Origin: Dehalococcoidia bacterium
Lineage (GTDB): Bacteria > Chloroflexota > Dehalococcoidia > GIF9 > UBA5629
Direction of reading: 5' to 3'
DNA: 64,000 nucleotides
Assembly (NCBI GenBank): GCA_050011565.1
Contig: JBEKIW010000002.1
Coordinates: 288,001-352,000, forward strand
Shown here in pieces: positions 19,995 to 31,267 of the stretch. The translations under genes were made by a program, and so were the position numbers. The notes beneath the pieces were generated by a model, which worked only from the letters and a program-made list of their open reading frames with translations, had not been told where the DNA came from and ran no database searches. Position 1 is the first letter of the stretch. Each line of letters opens with the position of its first letter.

Positions 19995-21059
19995 CTACTT
20001 CGCCTGGCTCAGCCGTTTCTTGAGGTAGTCGATGGCCTTTACCGGCGTGGGGTCTATCTCGTTGAGTATGGCCAGGTAATAGCTAACCCAATCGCCGAGG
20101 TAAATCAGGCCCATCATCTGACTCAGTTCATTTTTGCCCTGGCTATCAATGGTCTCGTGGCTGATTCCGCTCTGCTTTAATAGCTCGCCGGTAACCTGGT
20201 AGCGAATCAACATTCGGGGGTGCAGGGATGGAGAGCGGAGCATGACTACATATATTCTGGCGGCTAGTTCCCGGGGGAACTGGTAGCCGACGACAGCGTT
20301 GTGGTTAAGCTCGGAGAAAGTTTCGTAGAAAGCCGAGGCTTTGCTGTTCTCGTTAATTTGCGTTTTCCAGCGATGGGCGACCTCGGAGACAATACCGGCG
20401 CCGTAAATGACAGCTATCTTACCATCCAGCTTGGCAGCCAGTTGCTTGGCTGTGTTTGAGCCCGTGGGCACGGTCTCCTTTAGCTCGCCAAGCAGCTTAT
20501 CCAGGTCTTGAATCATCGCCTTGACCTCGGCCGTTTTGTCTTCAATGAGGTTCAGCTTTTGCAGGAAAGCTATGAGTGGCATGAAGCTGTAGCCCAGTGC
20601 CGCCCGCGGTTGGCCTTCATAGTCGATTTCGAAAACGGGCACCCCGGCATCTTCAGCCAGCTCCTTTAGTCTGCCGCCCGTGGTCATAACCAGCTTTTTA
20701 CACCTCTTCTGTAAAGCCTGAGAAAAGGCAGACAGCGTTTCCTCGGTATTTCCCGAGTAGCTAGAAGCAATTACCAGCGTCTTTTCGTCAACAAAAGCGG
20801 GCAGGTCATAATCGCGGTTAACGAAAATAATCGGTTTCTTTTTCGATGAAAGCAGGCTGCGGACTAAATCGCCGCCTATGGCCGAGCCGCCCATTCCCAG
20901 AACCACTACTTTATCGACGTTCCTGTAATCTTTGGGCAATTGGAATCTTTCAGCTTTGTTCCAGGCGGCGCGGCACTGCCGGGGTAAGCCATGAAGGTGC
21001 CCCCGCATGTTTGCCGGGTCGAGCTGTTTATATAGTTGAATGTCGTCTAAATTGACCAT
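19995..21059 (-). CDS. Bifunctional phosphoglucose/phosphomannose isomerase (SIS-domain type)
   Basis: GMGGSAIGGD, SYSGNTEET, QPRAALG, RWKTQINENSK, ELNHN. Confidence 0.93.
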   Translation of the reverse strand: MVNLDDIQLYKQLDPANMRGHLHGLPRQCRAAWNKAERFQLPKDYRNVDKVVVLGMGGSAIGGDLVRSLLSSKKKPIIFVNRDYDLPAFVDEKTLVIASSYSGNTEETLSAFSQALQKRCKKLVMTTGGRLKELAEDAGVPVFEIDYEGQPRAALGYSFMPLIAFLQKLNLIEDKTAEVKAMIQDLDKLLGELKETVPTGSNTAKQLAAKLDGKIAVIYGAGIVSEVAHRWKTQINENSKASAFYETFSELNHNAVVGYQFPRELAARIYVVMLRSPSLHPRMLIRYQVTGELLKQSGISHETIDSQGKNELSQMMGLIYLGDWVSYYLAILNEIDPTPVKAIDYLKKRLSQAK

Positions 21060-21062
21060 ATC

Positions 21063-22487
21063 TTATAGCCCCAACATTTTCTTGCCGCTGTCCAGCAGCT
21101 TCTGCACCTGCTTGACGGTATTACTTTCGGCATAGATGCGGATGAGCGGCTCGGTGCCAGAGAAGCGGATGAGCAGCCAGGAATCATCGGACAAAATATA
21201 ACGGAAGCCATCCGTGGTGTCCAGTTTGGCTACCTGCATGCCGGCTATGGACTTGATTGAACTCTTAGCCAGCTTGTCGGTATATTTTTGACGTTCATCC
21301 TCGCCAATGTGGACGTCAATGCGGTCGTAGTAATGAGGACCAACCTTGCTGAACAAGTAGTCCAATAGTTGCGACGGCGTCTTGCCCGTTTTTATCATGA
21401 AGTCGAGAAAGTACAAGCCGGCGAGTATACCGTCGCGCTCAGGGACATGGCCGCGGAAGCCATAGCCGCCGCTCTCCTCGCCACCGATGAGGGCATTCTT
21501 CTCTATCATCAGCGGCGCTACATATTTGAAGCCCACCGACGTCTCATAAACAGGGACGTTGAAAAGCTTCCCCAGCCGGTCAATCATCACGGTGTCGCTC
21601 AAGGTCTTTATTATGGCACCCCGCTCGCCGCGGACCTCCAGGAAGTAAAGCACGAGCAGGGCGAAGACCTGCAGCTGATTAATGAAGTTTCCTTTCTCAT
21701 CGACGATGCCGATACGGTCGGCATCGCCGTCGTTGGCCATACCCACATTTGCCTTCTGCTCCTTAATTAGGCTGGAAAGCTTAGCCAGGTTTTTGGCGAT
21801 AGGCTCGGGGTTTATTCCGGGGAAGCTCGGGTTGCGCTCGCCGTTAATCGGTATAACTTCTATTTTGCTGCCCTGGAGTAGCTGTGTGAAATAGCCGATG
21901 CCAGCCCCGTACATGGAATCAACGATAACCTTCAGCGGGCTGCGGCGAATAGCTTCCAGGTCAATGAGGCGCCCTAACTGCTTGAAATACACCGGGTCCG
22001 GGTCTAAGTATGTAATAAGCCCGCTGTTCAGGCCATCAGCCAGAGGACTTCGCTTCACCTCTCCTGTGGACAGGGCTTCGTTGGCATTCTTTTCTATTTC
22101 TGCGGCGACCTCAGACGGAGCGCTGGCTCCAAGGTCATCCTTGAATTTGAACCCGTTCCAGCGGGCAGGGTTGTGGCTGGCGGTGATTATTATGCCACCG
22201 GCTGATTTGGTGGCGGTGACGGCGTAGCTTATCACCGGCGTTGGTGCTGCTTTGGAGCACAGGTTTACCTTAATTTTGTTTCCGGCAAGTACCTCGGCGG
22301 CAGCTGCTGCGAAATCTTCGGAAGCAAAACGGGTATCATAGCCGATGACCAGACCACGGTCGGTGAGCTTAGCCCGATTCAAGTACTTAGCTACACCTTG
22401 AGCGCAAGCCCGGACATTATCGAAGGTAAAGTCCTCGGCGATGACTGCTCGCCAGCCGTCGGTGCCGAATTTAATAACCTTATCCAT
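21063..22487 (-). CDS. Phosphoglucomutase/phosphomannomutase family protein
   Basis: FGTDGWR, TASHNP, DGDADR, GGEESGG, SGTEP. Confidence 0.95.
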   Translation of the reverse strand: MDKVIKFGTDGWRAVIAEDFTFDNVRACAQGVAKYLNRAKLTDRGLVIGYDTRFASEDFAAAAAEVLAGNKIKVNLCSKAAPTPVISYAVTATKSAGGIIITASHNPARWNGFKFKDDLGASAPSEVAAEIEKNANEALSTGEVKRSPLADGLNSGLITYLDPDPVYFKQLGRLIDLEAIRRSPLKVIVDSMYGAGIGYFTQLLQGSKIEVIPINGERNPSFPGINPEPIAKNLAKLSSLIKEQKANVGMANDGDADRIGIVDEKGNFINQLQVFALLVLYFLEVRGERGAIIKTLSDTVMIDRLGKLFNVPVYETSVGFKYVAPLMIEKNALIGGEESGGYGFRGHVPERDGILAGLYFLDFMIKTGKTPSQLLDYLFSKVGPHYYDRIDVHIGEDERQKYTDKLAKSSIKSIAGMQVAKLDTTDGFRYILSDDSWLLIRFSGTEPLIRIYAESNTVKQVQKLLDSGKKMLGL

Positions 22488-22496
22488 CTGCCTTCT

Positions 22497-23714
22497 TTAG
22501 TCTTTTAATCCCGCCTCGGCCCTGAGTATTTTGGCCTTGTCCGTTTTCTCCCAGGACAGCTCGAGGTCGTCTCTGCCGAAATGCCCGTAGGTGGCGGTCT
22601 GCCGGTAAATGGGGCGGCGGAGGTCGAGATACCTGATAATGGCTTCGGGGCGGAAATCGAAATGCTCATGAATCAGGTCAACGATGGTCTTATCCGGTAC
22701 CTTGCCGGTGCCGAAGGTCTCGCAGGAGATAGACAACGGATGGGCAACGCCGATGGCATAGGCAACCTGCACTTCAAGGCGGTCGGCCAGTCCGGCAGCC
22801 ACCAGGTTTTTAGCCGCGTAACGGGCCATATAGCTGGCGGAGCGGTCGACCTTGGTCGGGTCTTTTCCGGAGAAGGCTCCACCGCCATGGCGTGCATAGC
22901 CGCCGTAGGTATCGACCAGTATCTTACGGCCGGTAAAACCGGTATCCGATACCGGCCCGCCGATAACAAAACGGCCGGCGCCGTTAACGTAATACTTGGT
23001 ATTTTTATCCAGCAGTTTGGCCGGAATAACAGCTTTTATTACCTTTTCTATTATGCCTTTCCTGATAGTATCGTTGTCTACATCGGGATTGTGTTGAGCG
23101 CCGATAACCACCGAATCTATCCTCTTCGGCAAACCGCGGCAGTATTCCACAGTCACCTGTGATTTACCATCCGGGCGAAGGTAAGGCAGAATCTTCTCCT
23201 GCCTGACTCGAGCCAGGCGACGGCACAGCTTATTAGCCAGCGATATGGGCAGCGGCATAAGCTCAGGCGTCTCGTTGCAGGCGAAGCCGAACATCATACC
23301 CTGGTCGCCAGCGCCGGTTTTATCCAGCTCATCGACGCCTTTCTTTTTGTCTCTGACTTCCATCGCCTGGCTGACACCGGCGGAAATATCGGTCGATTGC
23401 TGCTTTATAGATACCAGTGTGCCGCAGCTTTTATAATCAAAGCCGTATTCCGGCTTGATATAACCGGCATCACGGACCACCTTATGCACGATGTCGGGTA
23501 TTTCTATATAGCAGTTGGTAGTAATCTCACCCAGAACGATTACCAGCCCCACAGTCACGGCGACTTCGCAAGCCACCCGGCCGAAGGGGTCTTGTTCCAT
23601 TATGGCATCGAGCACGGCGTCGGAAACCTGGTCACAGAGTTTGTCCGGATGTCCTTCGGTCACCGACTCCGAGGCGAAAAAATAACAAGGCTGCTCATTA
23701 AAGCTATTCGACAT
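22497..23714 (-). CDS. metK: S-adenosylmethionine synthetase
   Basis: [33 protein letters not shown]. Confidence 0.98.
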   Translation of the reverse strand: MSNSFNEQPCYFFASESVTEGHPDKLCDQVSDAVLDAIMEQDPFGRVACEVAVTVGLVIVLGEITTNCYIEIPDIVHKVVRDAGYIKPEYGFDYKSCGTLVSIKQQSTDISAGVSQAMEVRDKKKGVDELDKTGAGDQGMMFGFACNETPELMPLPISLANKLCRRLARVRQEKILPYLRPDGKSQVTVEYCRGLPKRIDSVVIGAQHNPDVDNDTIRKGIIEKVIKAVIPAKLLDKNTKYYVNGAGRFVIGGPVSDTGFTGRKILVDTYGGYARHGGGAFSGKDPTKVDRSASYMARYAAKNLVAAGLADRLEVQVAYAIGVAHPLSISCETFGTGKVPDKTIVDLIHEHFDFRPEAIIRYLDLRRPIYRQTATYGHFGRDDLELSWEKTDKAKILRAEAGLKD

Positions 23715-23728
23715 TTTTTCTCCTTTAA

Positions 23729-24994
<1,266 letters not shown>

Positions 24995-25062
24995 CTACTC
25001 CTTATTATAATTTATCTAAAATCTGTCTGCATGAGGGAGCACTCCAGCACAACATCCTGCTA

Positions 25063-25926
25063 TCACATGAACTGCTCCGCCACGTAGTCAGGTATATCCA
25101 GCGAGCCCATAATAATTGGTTTCTGATGGCAATCGCTGCCGCCGGTCAAGAACAGGTCGTGACTTTTGGCAAACTCAATGTAATGCGCAGTTGTTTTAGC
25201 GCCATTTGTTGTATGCCAGCACTCTATACCATCAACGTATTCCAGCATATATTCTTCGATAATCTTTGTCTGCGTCTCTAAATCAGATGTTATGCTGTCC
25301 AGTGACGTCCCGTGCGGGTCACTGGGATGCGCCAGTACAAGTATGCCGCCGGCGTTCCTGATTAACATTGATGCTTCAGCCAGCGAAAGCGGAAACTTGG
25401 GGACATCCAACCTGACCAGATATCTATCAAACGCTTCTTGAAGACTGCTGACAATCCCTTTTTCCACCAGATATCTGGCTATGTGAGGTCGACCGAAGGC
25501 GCCATCGACGCTGTCCTGTACGTTCCTGATGTCCGCTTGGTTAAATCTGGCGATGTTCTCCTTATCGAATTCAATGTTCAGCTTCTCCAGAATTTCACGC
25601 GCTCTTACCTCTCTGCGCCGCCTTATCAATTCAAGTTTATTCTTCAGCTCCCGGTCGCCGATATCAAACTGGTATCCCAGGAAGTCCAGAGAAATGGACC
25701 TGCCGGGTTCGGGGGGATATTGGAATGTGACGTTCAATTCTATGCCGGTAATATAATTAATGCCATATTTCGTAGCCAGAGACAGGGCTTTTTTCTGGCA
25801 TTCTATGGAATCGTGGTCGGTCAGCGATATTAAATCGATATTTTTTCTCTTGGCTTCCCGGAGTACCTCGTCTACATGCAGATTGCCATCCGAACATGTG
25901 GTATGTATATGTAAGTCTATTTTCAT
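25063..25926 (-). CDS. PHP-domain metal-dependent phosphoesterase (TrpH/YciV-like)
   Basis: DLHIHTTCSDG, TDHD, GRPHIA, LAHP, GGSDCH. Confidence 0.9.
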   Translation of the reverse strand: MKIDLHIHTTCSDGNLHVDEVLREAKRKNIDLISLTDHDSIECQKKALSLATKYGINYITGIELNVTFQYPPEPGRSISLDFLGYQFDIGDRELKNKLELIRRRREVRAREILEKLNIEFDKENIARFNQADIRNVQDSVDGAFGRPHIARYLVEKGIVSSLQEAFDRYLVRLDVPKFPLSLAEASMLIRNAGGILVLAHPSDPHGTSLDSITSDLETQTKIIEEYMLEYVDGIECWHTTNGAKTTAHYIEFAKSHDLFLTGGSDCHQKPIIMGSLDIPDYVAEQFM

Positions 25927-26529
25927 CTATTTCTTTTGCACGCTGGTTACGTACCAGTCCTCAGGCTGGTCGTTACGGGTATCGACGATAAAGTAGATAA
26001 TATTAAGATTAGGGTACGAGCTCTTTAAGTCATCCAGCTTTACTTCTTCGAACTTCTTTTTGTTACTTAAATAGGCTTCTTCAGTTAGTGCATTCGATTC
26101 ATAATTTTCCTTGGTACGCCTTAATATGCGGGCGATAGCCACTTCTTTGGGGCAGTCCGTTTGCATGATGATGAAGGTCAGGTTGTGCTTGGCGGCTATG
26201 GCAGCAGCACGTCGTCTTAACGACTGGGTGACGAAGGTGGCATCGAGAATCACGCCGTCGCCCTTTCCCAGTATCTTTTCAGCCCGCGAGAACATCTCGT
26301 CATAGACCAGTGATCGTTTGTCCATATTAGAGGCCACTTTTTCATCGAATATATCCTCGTTTTTCAGCACCTCGAGTCTGATCAGGTCGGTTCGAAGCAG
26401 CCGATAACCTTTAATCCGCGACACTTCTTCAGTCGTCTCGGTTTTCCAGGTACCGGGCAGGCCGCAAACGATGAGTAAGAAACCTGCACCCAACTGGTTT
26501 TTCACGAATTCAGCAAACGGCTGTCTCAA
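25927..26529 (-). CDS. P-loop kinase (AAA_33/COG0645-like)
   Basis: GLPGTWKT Walker A, TDLIR, VILDATF. Confidence 0.8.
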   Translation of the reverse strand: MRQPFAEFVKNQLGAGFLLIVCGLPGTWKTETTEEVSRIKGYRLLRTDLIRLEVLKNEDIFDEKVASNMDKRSLVYDEMFSRAEKILGKGDGVILDATFVTQSLRRRAAAIAAKHNLTFIIMQTDCPKEVAIARILRRTKENYESNALTEEAYLSNKKKFEEVKLDDLKSSYPNLNIIYFIVDTRNDQPEDWYVTSVQKK

Positions 26530-26599
26530 TATATTGACTCCTTGCAGGGAATCCTAAACATTCTCTTAATTACGTTTAGCTGACTCCGTTGTTAATATA

Positions 26600-27601
26600 T
26601 CATATATACGATTCGGCAAGCTCGAAATACTTCCTGGCCGTAGCCAGAAGGCTTGTCTTTTCAGTCTCTGGGATGTAGGGGTCATCCAGCATGAAGCTGG
26701 TCACCTTGCCTCGAACATAGGCCCGATAACACTTGTAAAAATTCAATAGCTCAGGCAGTTCTTTATCCCGGCTCAGACGTATATAGGCGTCGACAAAGAC
26801 CCGTGACAGGTCGGCATGCCGGAAACGGTCTAAGTCCATAGCCAGGAAGGCGACTTCGGAGGCGACGTCGCCGTATCTGAACCTGTCGTTGAACTCGATG
26901 CAGTCGTAGATACAGATTCCATTGGTCAGACAAACGTGGGCAGCATGGAGGTCGCCGTGGCAGTCTCTTATCCTGCCGTCTTTAACGCGCTTATTGAACA
27001 GGGACTTATTGGATTTAAGGAAGTTATCGGTGTAAGCCTTGATTTGATTGTATTTGTCGGAAGGTGTGGAAATATCAATATATTTCTCGGTCTGGGAGAA
27101 GTTCTCATCGGTGTTTATCTTAATGGCCTCCGGTTTTCCGTACGCGCTAATTTCCGGGCTGGTTACGGCCTTATGATGAAATGCCGCCAGTTTCTCAGCT
27201 ACCCTGGCCACCATCTCCCCGGTCACCAGGTTCTGAGGTAAGAGCTTGTCCATCATCCGGTCGGCAGGTAGCTGTTTCATTTTGACGGCGTATTCGATTA
27301 TTCCCCCTTCGCCGCCAAGATGTATTTGACCCCGGCGGATGACTATGGGCACGACTTCTAAATAGGTGTCCGGGCAGAGGCGTCTATTCAGCTCTATTTC
27401 CTGCTGACAGAAGAAGCGGCGCTTCTCCAGTGAGGTATAGTCCAGGTAGCCTAAATCTACCGGTTTTTTAACTTTATAGACGTAGTCGCCGGTGAGGAAG
27501 AGAAAGGACATCTGTGTCTGCACCAGCTCCACCTTTTGGGGATGGTGAGCATAGGTTTCAGGTTTAAGTAATACCTCAACCAGAGCCGGGGGCTTTGACA
27601 T
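26600..27601 (-). CDS. Aminoglycoside-phosphotransferase-like kinase (COG2187, N-terminal half of Rv2004c-type proteins)
   Basis: YKVKKPVDLGYLDY, ELNRRLCP, CHGDLH, DCIEFNDRFR, YRAYVRGKV. Confidence 0.85.
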   Translation of the reverse strand: MSKPPALVEVLLKPETYAHHPQKVELVQTQMSFLFLTGDYVYKVKKPVDLGYLDYTSLEKRRFFCQQEIELNRRLCPDTYLEVVPIVIRRGQIHLGGEGGIIEYAVKMKQLPADRMMDKLLPQNLVTGEMVARVAEKLAAFHHKAVTSPEISAYGKPEAIKINTDENFSQTEKYIDISTPSDKYNQIKAYTDNFLKSNKSLFNKRVKDGRIRDCHGDLHAAHVCLTNGICIYDCIEFNDRFRYGDVASEVAFLAMDLDRFRHADLSRVFVDAYIRLSRDKELPELLNFYKCYRAYVRGKVTSFMLDDPYIPETEKTSLLATARKYFELAESYI

Positions 27602-27615
27602 GGCTCCTACTGACC

Positions 27616-28026
27616 TCAGGCTTCGAGGCTGAACAGTGGTCGGGCTTCGTCTCCGGCGGAGTATTTATCGCCGGGAAAAACAGCATGCCCCATTTTCACC
27701 TTCTTACCCATTATATCCATGGTCACTTTGTTCGGGTCGATGCCGGTCAGGTTGCCCATTATCCACGGTCCTTCATCGAGCTCCGTCATTACTATAACGT
27801 ACGGGCATTCGCCTTCGCGCCCTTCCGGGGGCACGAAGACGGTGGTGAAAGTCTGGATTTTGCCCTTGCCGCTTAGTTCCACGATATCCATATCGGTGCT
27901 GGCGCATTTGCTGCAGGCTATTCTGGGCGGCACTGTAACTGTGCCACACTGTTTGCACTTTAATCCCAGCAGCTTGTTTTGTTTCAGCGCCTCATTATAT
28001 TGTTTAAAATTCAGTTTATGTTCCAA
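27616..28026 (-). CDS. Zn-ribbon/OB-fold protein (DUF35, ChsH2-like), thiolase partner
   Basis: CKQCG...PPR..CSKC, SGKGKIQTFT, ELDEGP. Confidence 0.9.
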   Translation of the reverse strand: MEHKLNFKQYNEALKQNKLLGLKCKQCGTVTVPPRIACSKCASTDMDIVELSGKGKIQTFTTVFVPPEGREGECPYVIVMTELDEGPWIMGNLTGIDPNKVTMDIMGKKVKMGHAVFPGDKYSAGDEARPLFSLEA

Positions 28027-28056
28027 TTATAACCTCCTGGTGAATTAGGCGACGGC

Positions 28057-29235
28057 CTAAGACCACCCTTTCTTCAGAATCACGTTACACAGCGTGCCGC
28101 CGTCGCCGCCGAGCGTATCGGTCATGCCTACTTTGGCGCCTTCGACCTGGCGCTCACCACATTCGCCTCTCAGCTGCCTGACTATCTCATACACCTGGGC
28201 GGTGCCGGTGGCGCCTATGGGATGTCCCTTGGCTTTGAGTCCGCCGGAAGGATTTACGGGCAGCCTCCCTCCAATCCTGGTCTCACCTTTCTCCACCGCT
28301 TCGCCGGACTTTCCCAACTCGAAAAGGCCCAGACCTTCCAGTGCGATAATGGTGGCTATGCTGAAGCAATCGTGAAGCTCAATGACATCTATATCCCTGG
28401 GGCTAAGTCCCGCCATCTTATAGGACTGCGCAGCCGCCAGCTCTCTGGACCTGAGCCGCGGTAGATATTCACTCTGGCTGAGTAAGTTGCCGGCTGAGGC
28501 CTGACCCACGCCGGCGACGAAAACAGGCTTATTGGTCAGCTTTTTCGCCTTGTCTTCCGAGACCAGGACCACTGCCGAGCCGCCATCGGAGAACGGGCAG
28601 CAGTCGTATAGCTGTAAGGGCTGGCATACCATGAAGCTGTTCAATACATCATCAACAGTTATCTCTTTCTGGAACTGGGCTTTGGGATTGCGGGCACCGT
28701 AGTAGTGGGAATTGACCGTTACCTGGGCCATTTGTTTCTTCAGCCTTTCCAAAGGAATGCCATATCTCTTGGCATAAAGGTGTGCCAGCAGAGCAAAGAC
28801 GCCGGGGAAAGTTATTCCGGCCGGGTATTCGTAGCGGCTGTCGCTGGCCATAGCGAAGGTCCTGGTCGCCAGAGGCGTGCCCATCTTAGCCGCGGTCTCG
28901 GCGCCGCCGACCAGTACTATGTCATAAAACCCTGAAGCCACCCACATAAAGGCATCCCGGAAAGCGGCGCTGGATGAGGCGCAGGCATTTTCATATCTGT
29001 TGGCCGGTATATGGTAAGCACCGATGTAATCGGCAACAAACGCTTGCGGTTGTGATTGCCCCTCGGCGAAGTCGCTCAAGGCGTTGCCCATAAACAATGC
29101 CTGGATATCCTTCGGCTTCAAGTTCGACTCGTTTATGGCGTCGATGGCGGCTTCGGCAAACAGCTCGACGGCTGTCTTGTCCTGCTTGCCGCTGAATTTC
29201 GTCATCCCGACGCCCACTGCAGCTACTTTTCTCAT
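28057..29235 (-). CDS. Thiolase-family protein (archaeal/SCP2-like)
   Basis: ENACASSS, DCCPFSDG, ELHDCF, NPSGGLKAKGHPIGATG. Confidence 0.92.
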   Translation of the reverse strand: MRKVAAVGVGMTKFSGKQDKTAVELFAEAAIDAINESNLKPKDIQALFMGNALSDFAEGQSQPQAFVADYIGAYHIPANRYENACASSSAAFRDAFMWVASGFYDIVLVGGAETAAKMGTPLATRTFAMASDSRYEYPAGITFPGVFALLAHLYAKRYGIPLERLKKQMAQVTVNSHYYGARNPKAQFQKEITVDDVLNSFMVCQPLQLYDCCPFSDGGSAVVLVSEDKAKKLTNKPVFVAGVGQASAGNLLSQSEYLPRLRSRELAAAQSYKMAGLSPRDIDVIELHDCFSIATIIALEGLGLFELGKSGEAVEKGETRIGGRLPVNPSGGLKAKGHPIGATGTAQVYEIVRQLRGECGERQVEGAKVGMTDTLGGDGGTLCNVILKKGWS

Positions 29236-29291
29236 ATATCTATACCTCCATTAATTAGTTTCTCAACTCCCTTTTCCTCCCTTAAAAACGG

Positions 29292-29497
29292 GAGTAATTT
29301 AGCGAGGGGCTTCGCCACTCTGTATTATCTTCCCTCTCCTTATCCAAAGAGGGTAATTTAGCGAGGGGCACCGCCACTCTATATCAACTTTATCTCTCCT
29401 CACCCAAAGAGAGTAATTTAGAGAGGGGCGAAGCCCCTCTCTGTACCACCCTCCCCCTCTCCTTACTAAAGGAGAGGGGGATAAAGGGGGTGAGGTT
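29292..29497. repeat. Tandem ~59-60 bp REP-like repeats (3 copies) ending in GC-rich palindromes
   Basis: GTAATTTAG(C/A)GAGGGGC recurs at 29294, 29353 and 29413; hairpins GAGAGGGGC-GAA-GCCCCTCTC and CCCCCTCTCCTT...AAGGAGAGGGGG. Confidence 0.8.
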
Positions 29498-29505
29498 CAA
29501 ACAAA

Positions 29506-30027
29506 CTATTTTATCAATTTCGGGCGGCATCGGCTACAAAAAGCCGCCTGTTTCAAATCTGTATCAGACAGGCTGTTAGAAAAGTGCATGACACATTTAG
29601 CATTTGAGCAATGCTCCAGTCCGAAAGTGTGCCCCAGTTCATGAACTGCCTCCTTGGTAGTTCTGTCCAGAAAAAGGACATCGTCAGTAGCTGAGCCGTA
29701 ATATTCCTGCCTCAAGCGACACAACGAAATAGCGGCAGTTCCGGCGGTTATGTCCGCCTGGCCGAAGATGAAGTTAAGCCCCGGCGCGTAGAGGTCGACG
29801 TCGACTATGCCCAGGACCTTTTCGCCTTTAGCCACGCCTGCCTTCTTCAGTTGGGAGAGAAGCTTTGTAGCCAGGTATTGCTTTCGCTTCGAATCATAAG
29901 CTTTCTCCAGGTTGTAATCTTCGAGTGCTATCTCTACCGGACAGCCGAAGGTCTGCTTCAACCTTCCCTTTAGCTCTTCAGGTACATTCTTATCAAAATC
30001 GCCAATCGGCTTGAGTATTATCTTCAC
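29506..30027 (-). CDS. Archaemetzincin-family Zn metalloprotease (M54)
   Basis: DLYAPGLNFIFG, KEAVHELGHTFGLEHC...CVMHFS...FCSRC. Confidence 0.92.
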   Translation of the reverse strand: MKIILKPIGDFDKNVPEELKGRLKQTFGCPVEIALEDYNLEKAYDSKRKQYLATKLLSQLKKAGVAKGEKVLGIVDVDLYAPGLNFIFGQADITAGTAAISLCRLRQEYYGSATDDVLFLDRTTKEAVHELGHTFGLEHCSNAKCVMHFSNSLSDTDLKQAAFCSRCRPKLIK

Positions 30028-30034
30028 TTAATGT

Positions 30035-30547
30035 TTATTTCAGCCAATCAAGTATTTCTTTTAGAACCTGGTCGTGGTTAGCCCGGGTAAGCTCTATTAC
30101 TTTTACGTTAGTACGGCGCCTTACGTTGTCGGCGAAGGGATGAGGGTTGAGCATAATGGTGCCCAGGACTTTCTTGCCGCTGTCTATGGCCTTGAGCACC
30201 GCCTCCCTGAAGCGGGGAGAAAAAAGCTCCATCTTACCTATTTCGTCGATAACTATTAAATCGCTTTCCGCTATCGCCCGCTCAATGGCGGAAACACCGA
30301 TGTTGTCCAGATTTCCGATGTCCACGCTGTACTTGCTTACCCGGTAGCGGCTGGGGTTATCGACATGAGCCAGTATGGCATCTTGCCCATCAAGTGTGAC
30401 AATACGGAAGCCCTGCCGAGTCCCGCCGCTTCTTATCTCTTCGGTGTAAAAGCCGCCGGCCTTTATCTCCGAACCGGCTATCGCCTGTTTGATAACGGTA
30501 GTTTTACCTGTACCCGGGCTGCCGGTTAAGAGATAGACGCTGGCCAT
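30035..30547 (-). CDS. THEP1/HCR-type nucleoside triphosphatase (NTPase_1)
   Basis: LTGSPGTGKTT, GGFYTEEIR, IDEIGKMELFS. Confidence 0.92.
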   Translation of the reverse strand: MASVYLLTGSPGTGKTTVIKQAIAGSEIKAGGFYTEEIRSGGTRQGFRIVTLDGQDAILAHVDNPSRYRVSKYSVDIGNLDNIGVSAIERAIAESDLIVIDEIGKMELFSPRFREAVLKAIDSGKKVLGTIMLNPHPFADNVRRRTNVKVIELTRANHDQVLKEILDWLK

Positions 30548-30552
30548 TAAGT

Positions 30553-31029
30553 CTATGCGGTTTCGGCCTTCTTCTTTCGGGCTGGCTTTTTCGGTTCCTC
30601 TGCCGTTTCTGCTGCTTTGGCTTTGGCTGCCTTTGCCGCGGGCTTTGCTGCCTTCGCCTTAGCTGCTTTTGCTTTCGGCTCTTCTTCTGCCTTAGCCGCC
30701 TTTGCCGGAGGTGCTTCAGCCTTGGCTTTAGCTACCTTCGCTTTGGGTTTGGCAGTGACAACCTCGGCCTTCTTCTTGGCTACCGGTTTCTTGGGCGCTT
30801 CCTTTTCTGCTTTTGGTTTAGCGGCTTTTGCCTTCGGCTTGGGAGCTATCGCTTCCGCCTTCTTCCTGGCCGGTTTCTTCGGTGCCGGCGCCTCGGCGAC
30901 TGCCACTGCGGGTGCTGGTTTAGGTGCCCCAACGGCAGCGCCAGCCAGCGCCATCATTTTTCTTCTCTCTTCCAGCTTCTTGCGCCGTTTGCGATGCTTC
31001 AGCATGGCCATTCTCTTACGTTTGTTCAT
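30553..31029 (-). CDS. Lys/Ala/Pro-rich basic protein (histone-H1-like tail)
   Basis: Basic N-terminal helix, then PKKPARKK and KAKAAKPK repeats; co-oriented with the downstream genes. Confidence 0.7.
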   Translation of the reverse strand: MNKRKRMAMLKHRKRRKKLEERRKMMALAGAAVGAPKPAPAVAVAEAPAPKKPARKKAEAIAPKPKAKAAKPKAEKEAPKKPVAKKKAEVVTAKPKAKVAKAKAEAPPAKAAKAEEEPKAKAAKAKAAKPAAKAAKAKAAETAEEPKKPARKKKAETA

Positions 31030-31110
31030 AATTTTTTCACCTGATACTGCGAATTTTACAAAGTTAGCTCGTATTATCCCTTAATTAGCTTGAGATTTCA
31101 AATTCCGAAT

Positions 31111-31135
31111 GTAGTTGCGGGGCTTTAGTCCCGCC
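31111..31135 (+). repeat. GTAG-type REP element
   Basis: GTAGTT-GCGGGGC-TTTA-GTCCCGC; related copy at 41925-41949 on the minus strand. Confidence 0.6.
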
Positions 31136-31267
31136 CAAATAGAAATCAAAAGCCCCCCAAACCTGTTGACAACGGTGTAGCAATATGACAAAATTTCGGA
31201 AAACCGCCCATAGGATAGCGGTCAATGTTGTTCTTTTTCGTGTTAATACAGCTTAATGAGGTGAGAG

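Noticed and set aside
29292-29470. Possible CRISPR array (about 60-bp periodicity)
   Set aside because: The would-be spacers are similar to each other, the repeats are degenerate and no cas genes are present; better explained as REP-like tandem repeats.
30617-31084. Plus-strand Ala/Phe-rich ORF resembling a membrane protein
   Set aside because: Antisense mirror of the Lys/Ala-rich gene.
31195-31230. Riboswitch upstream of the surface-protein gene
   Set aside because: Only a short hairpin (ACCGC...GCGGT); no recognisable aptamer consensus.
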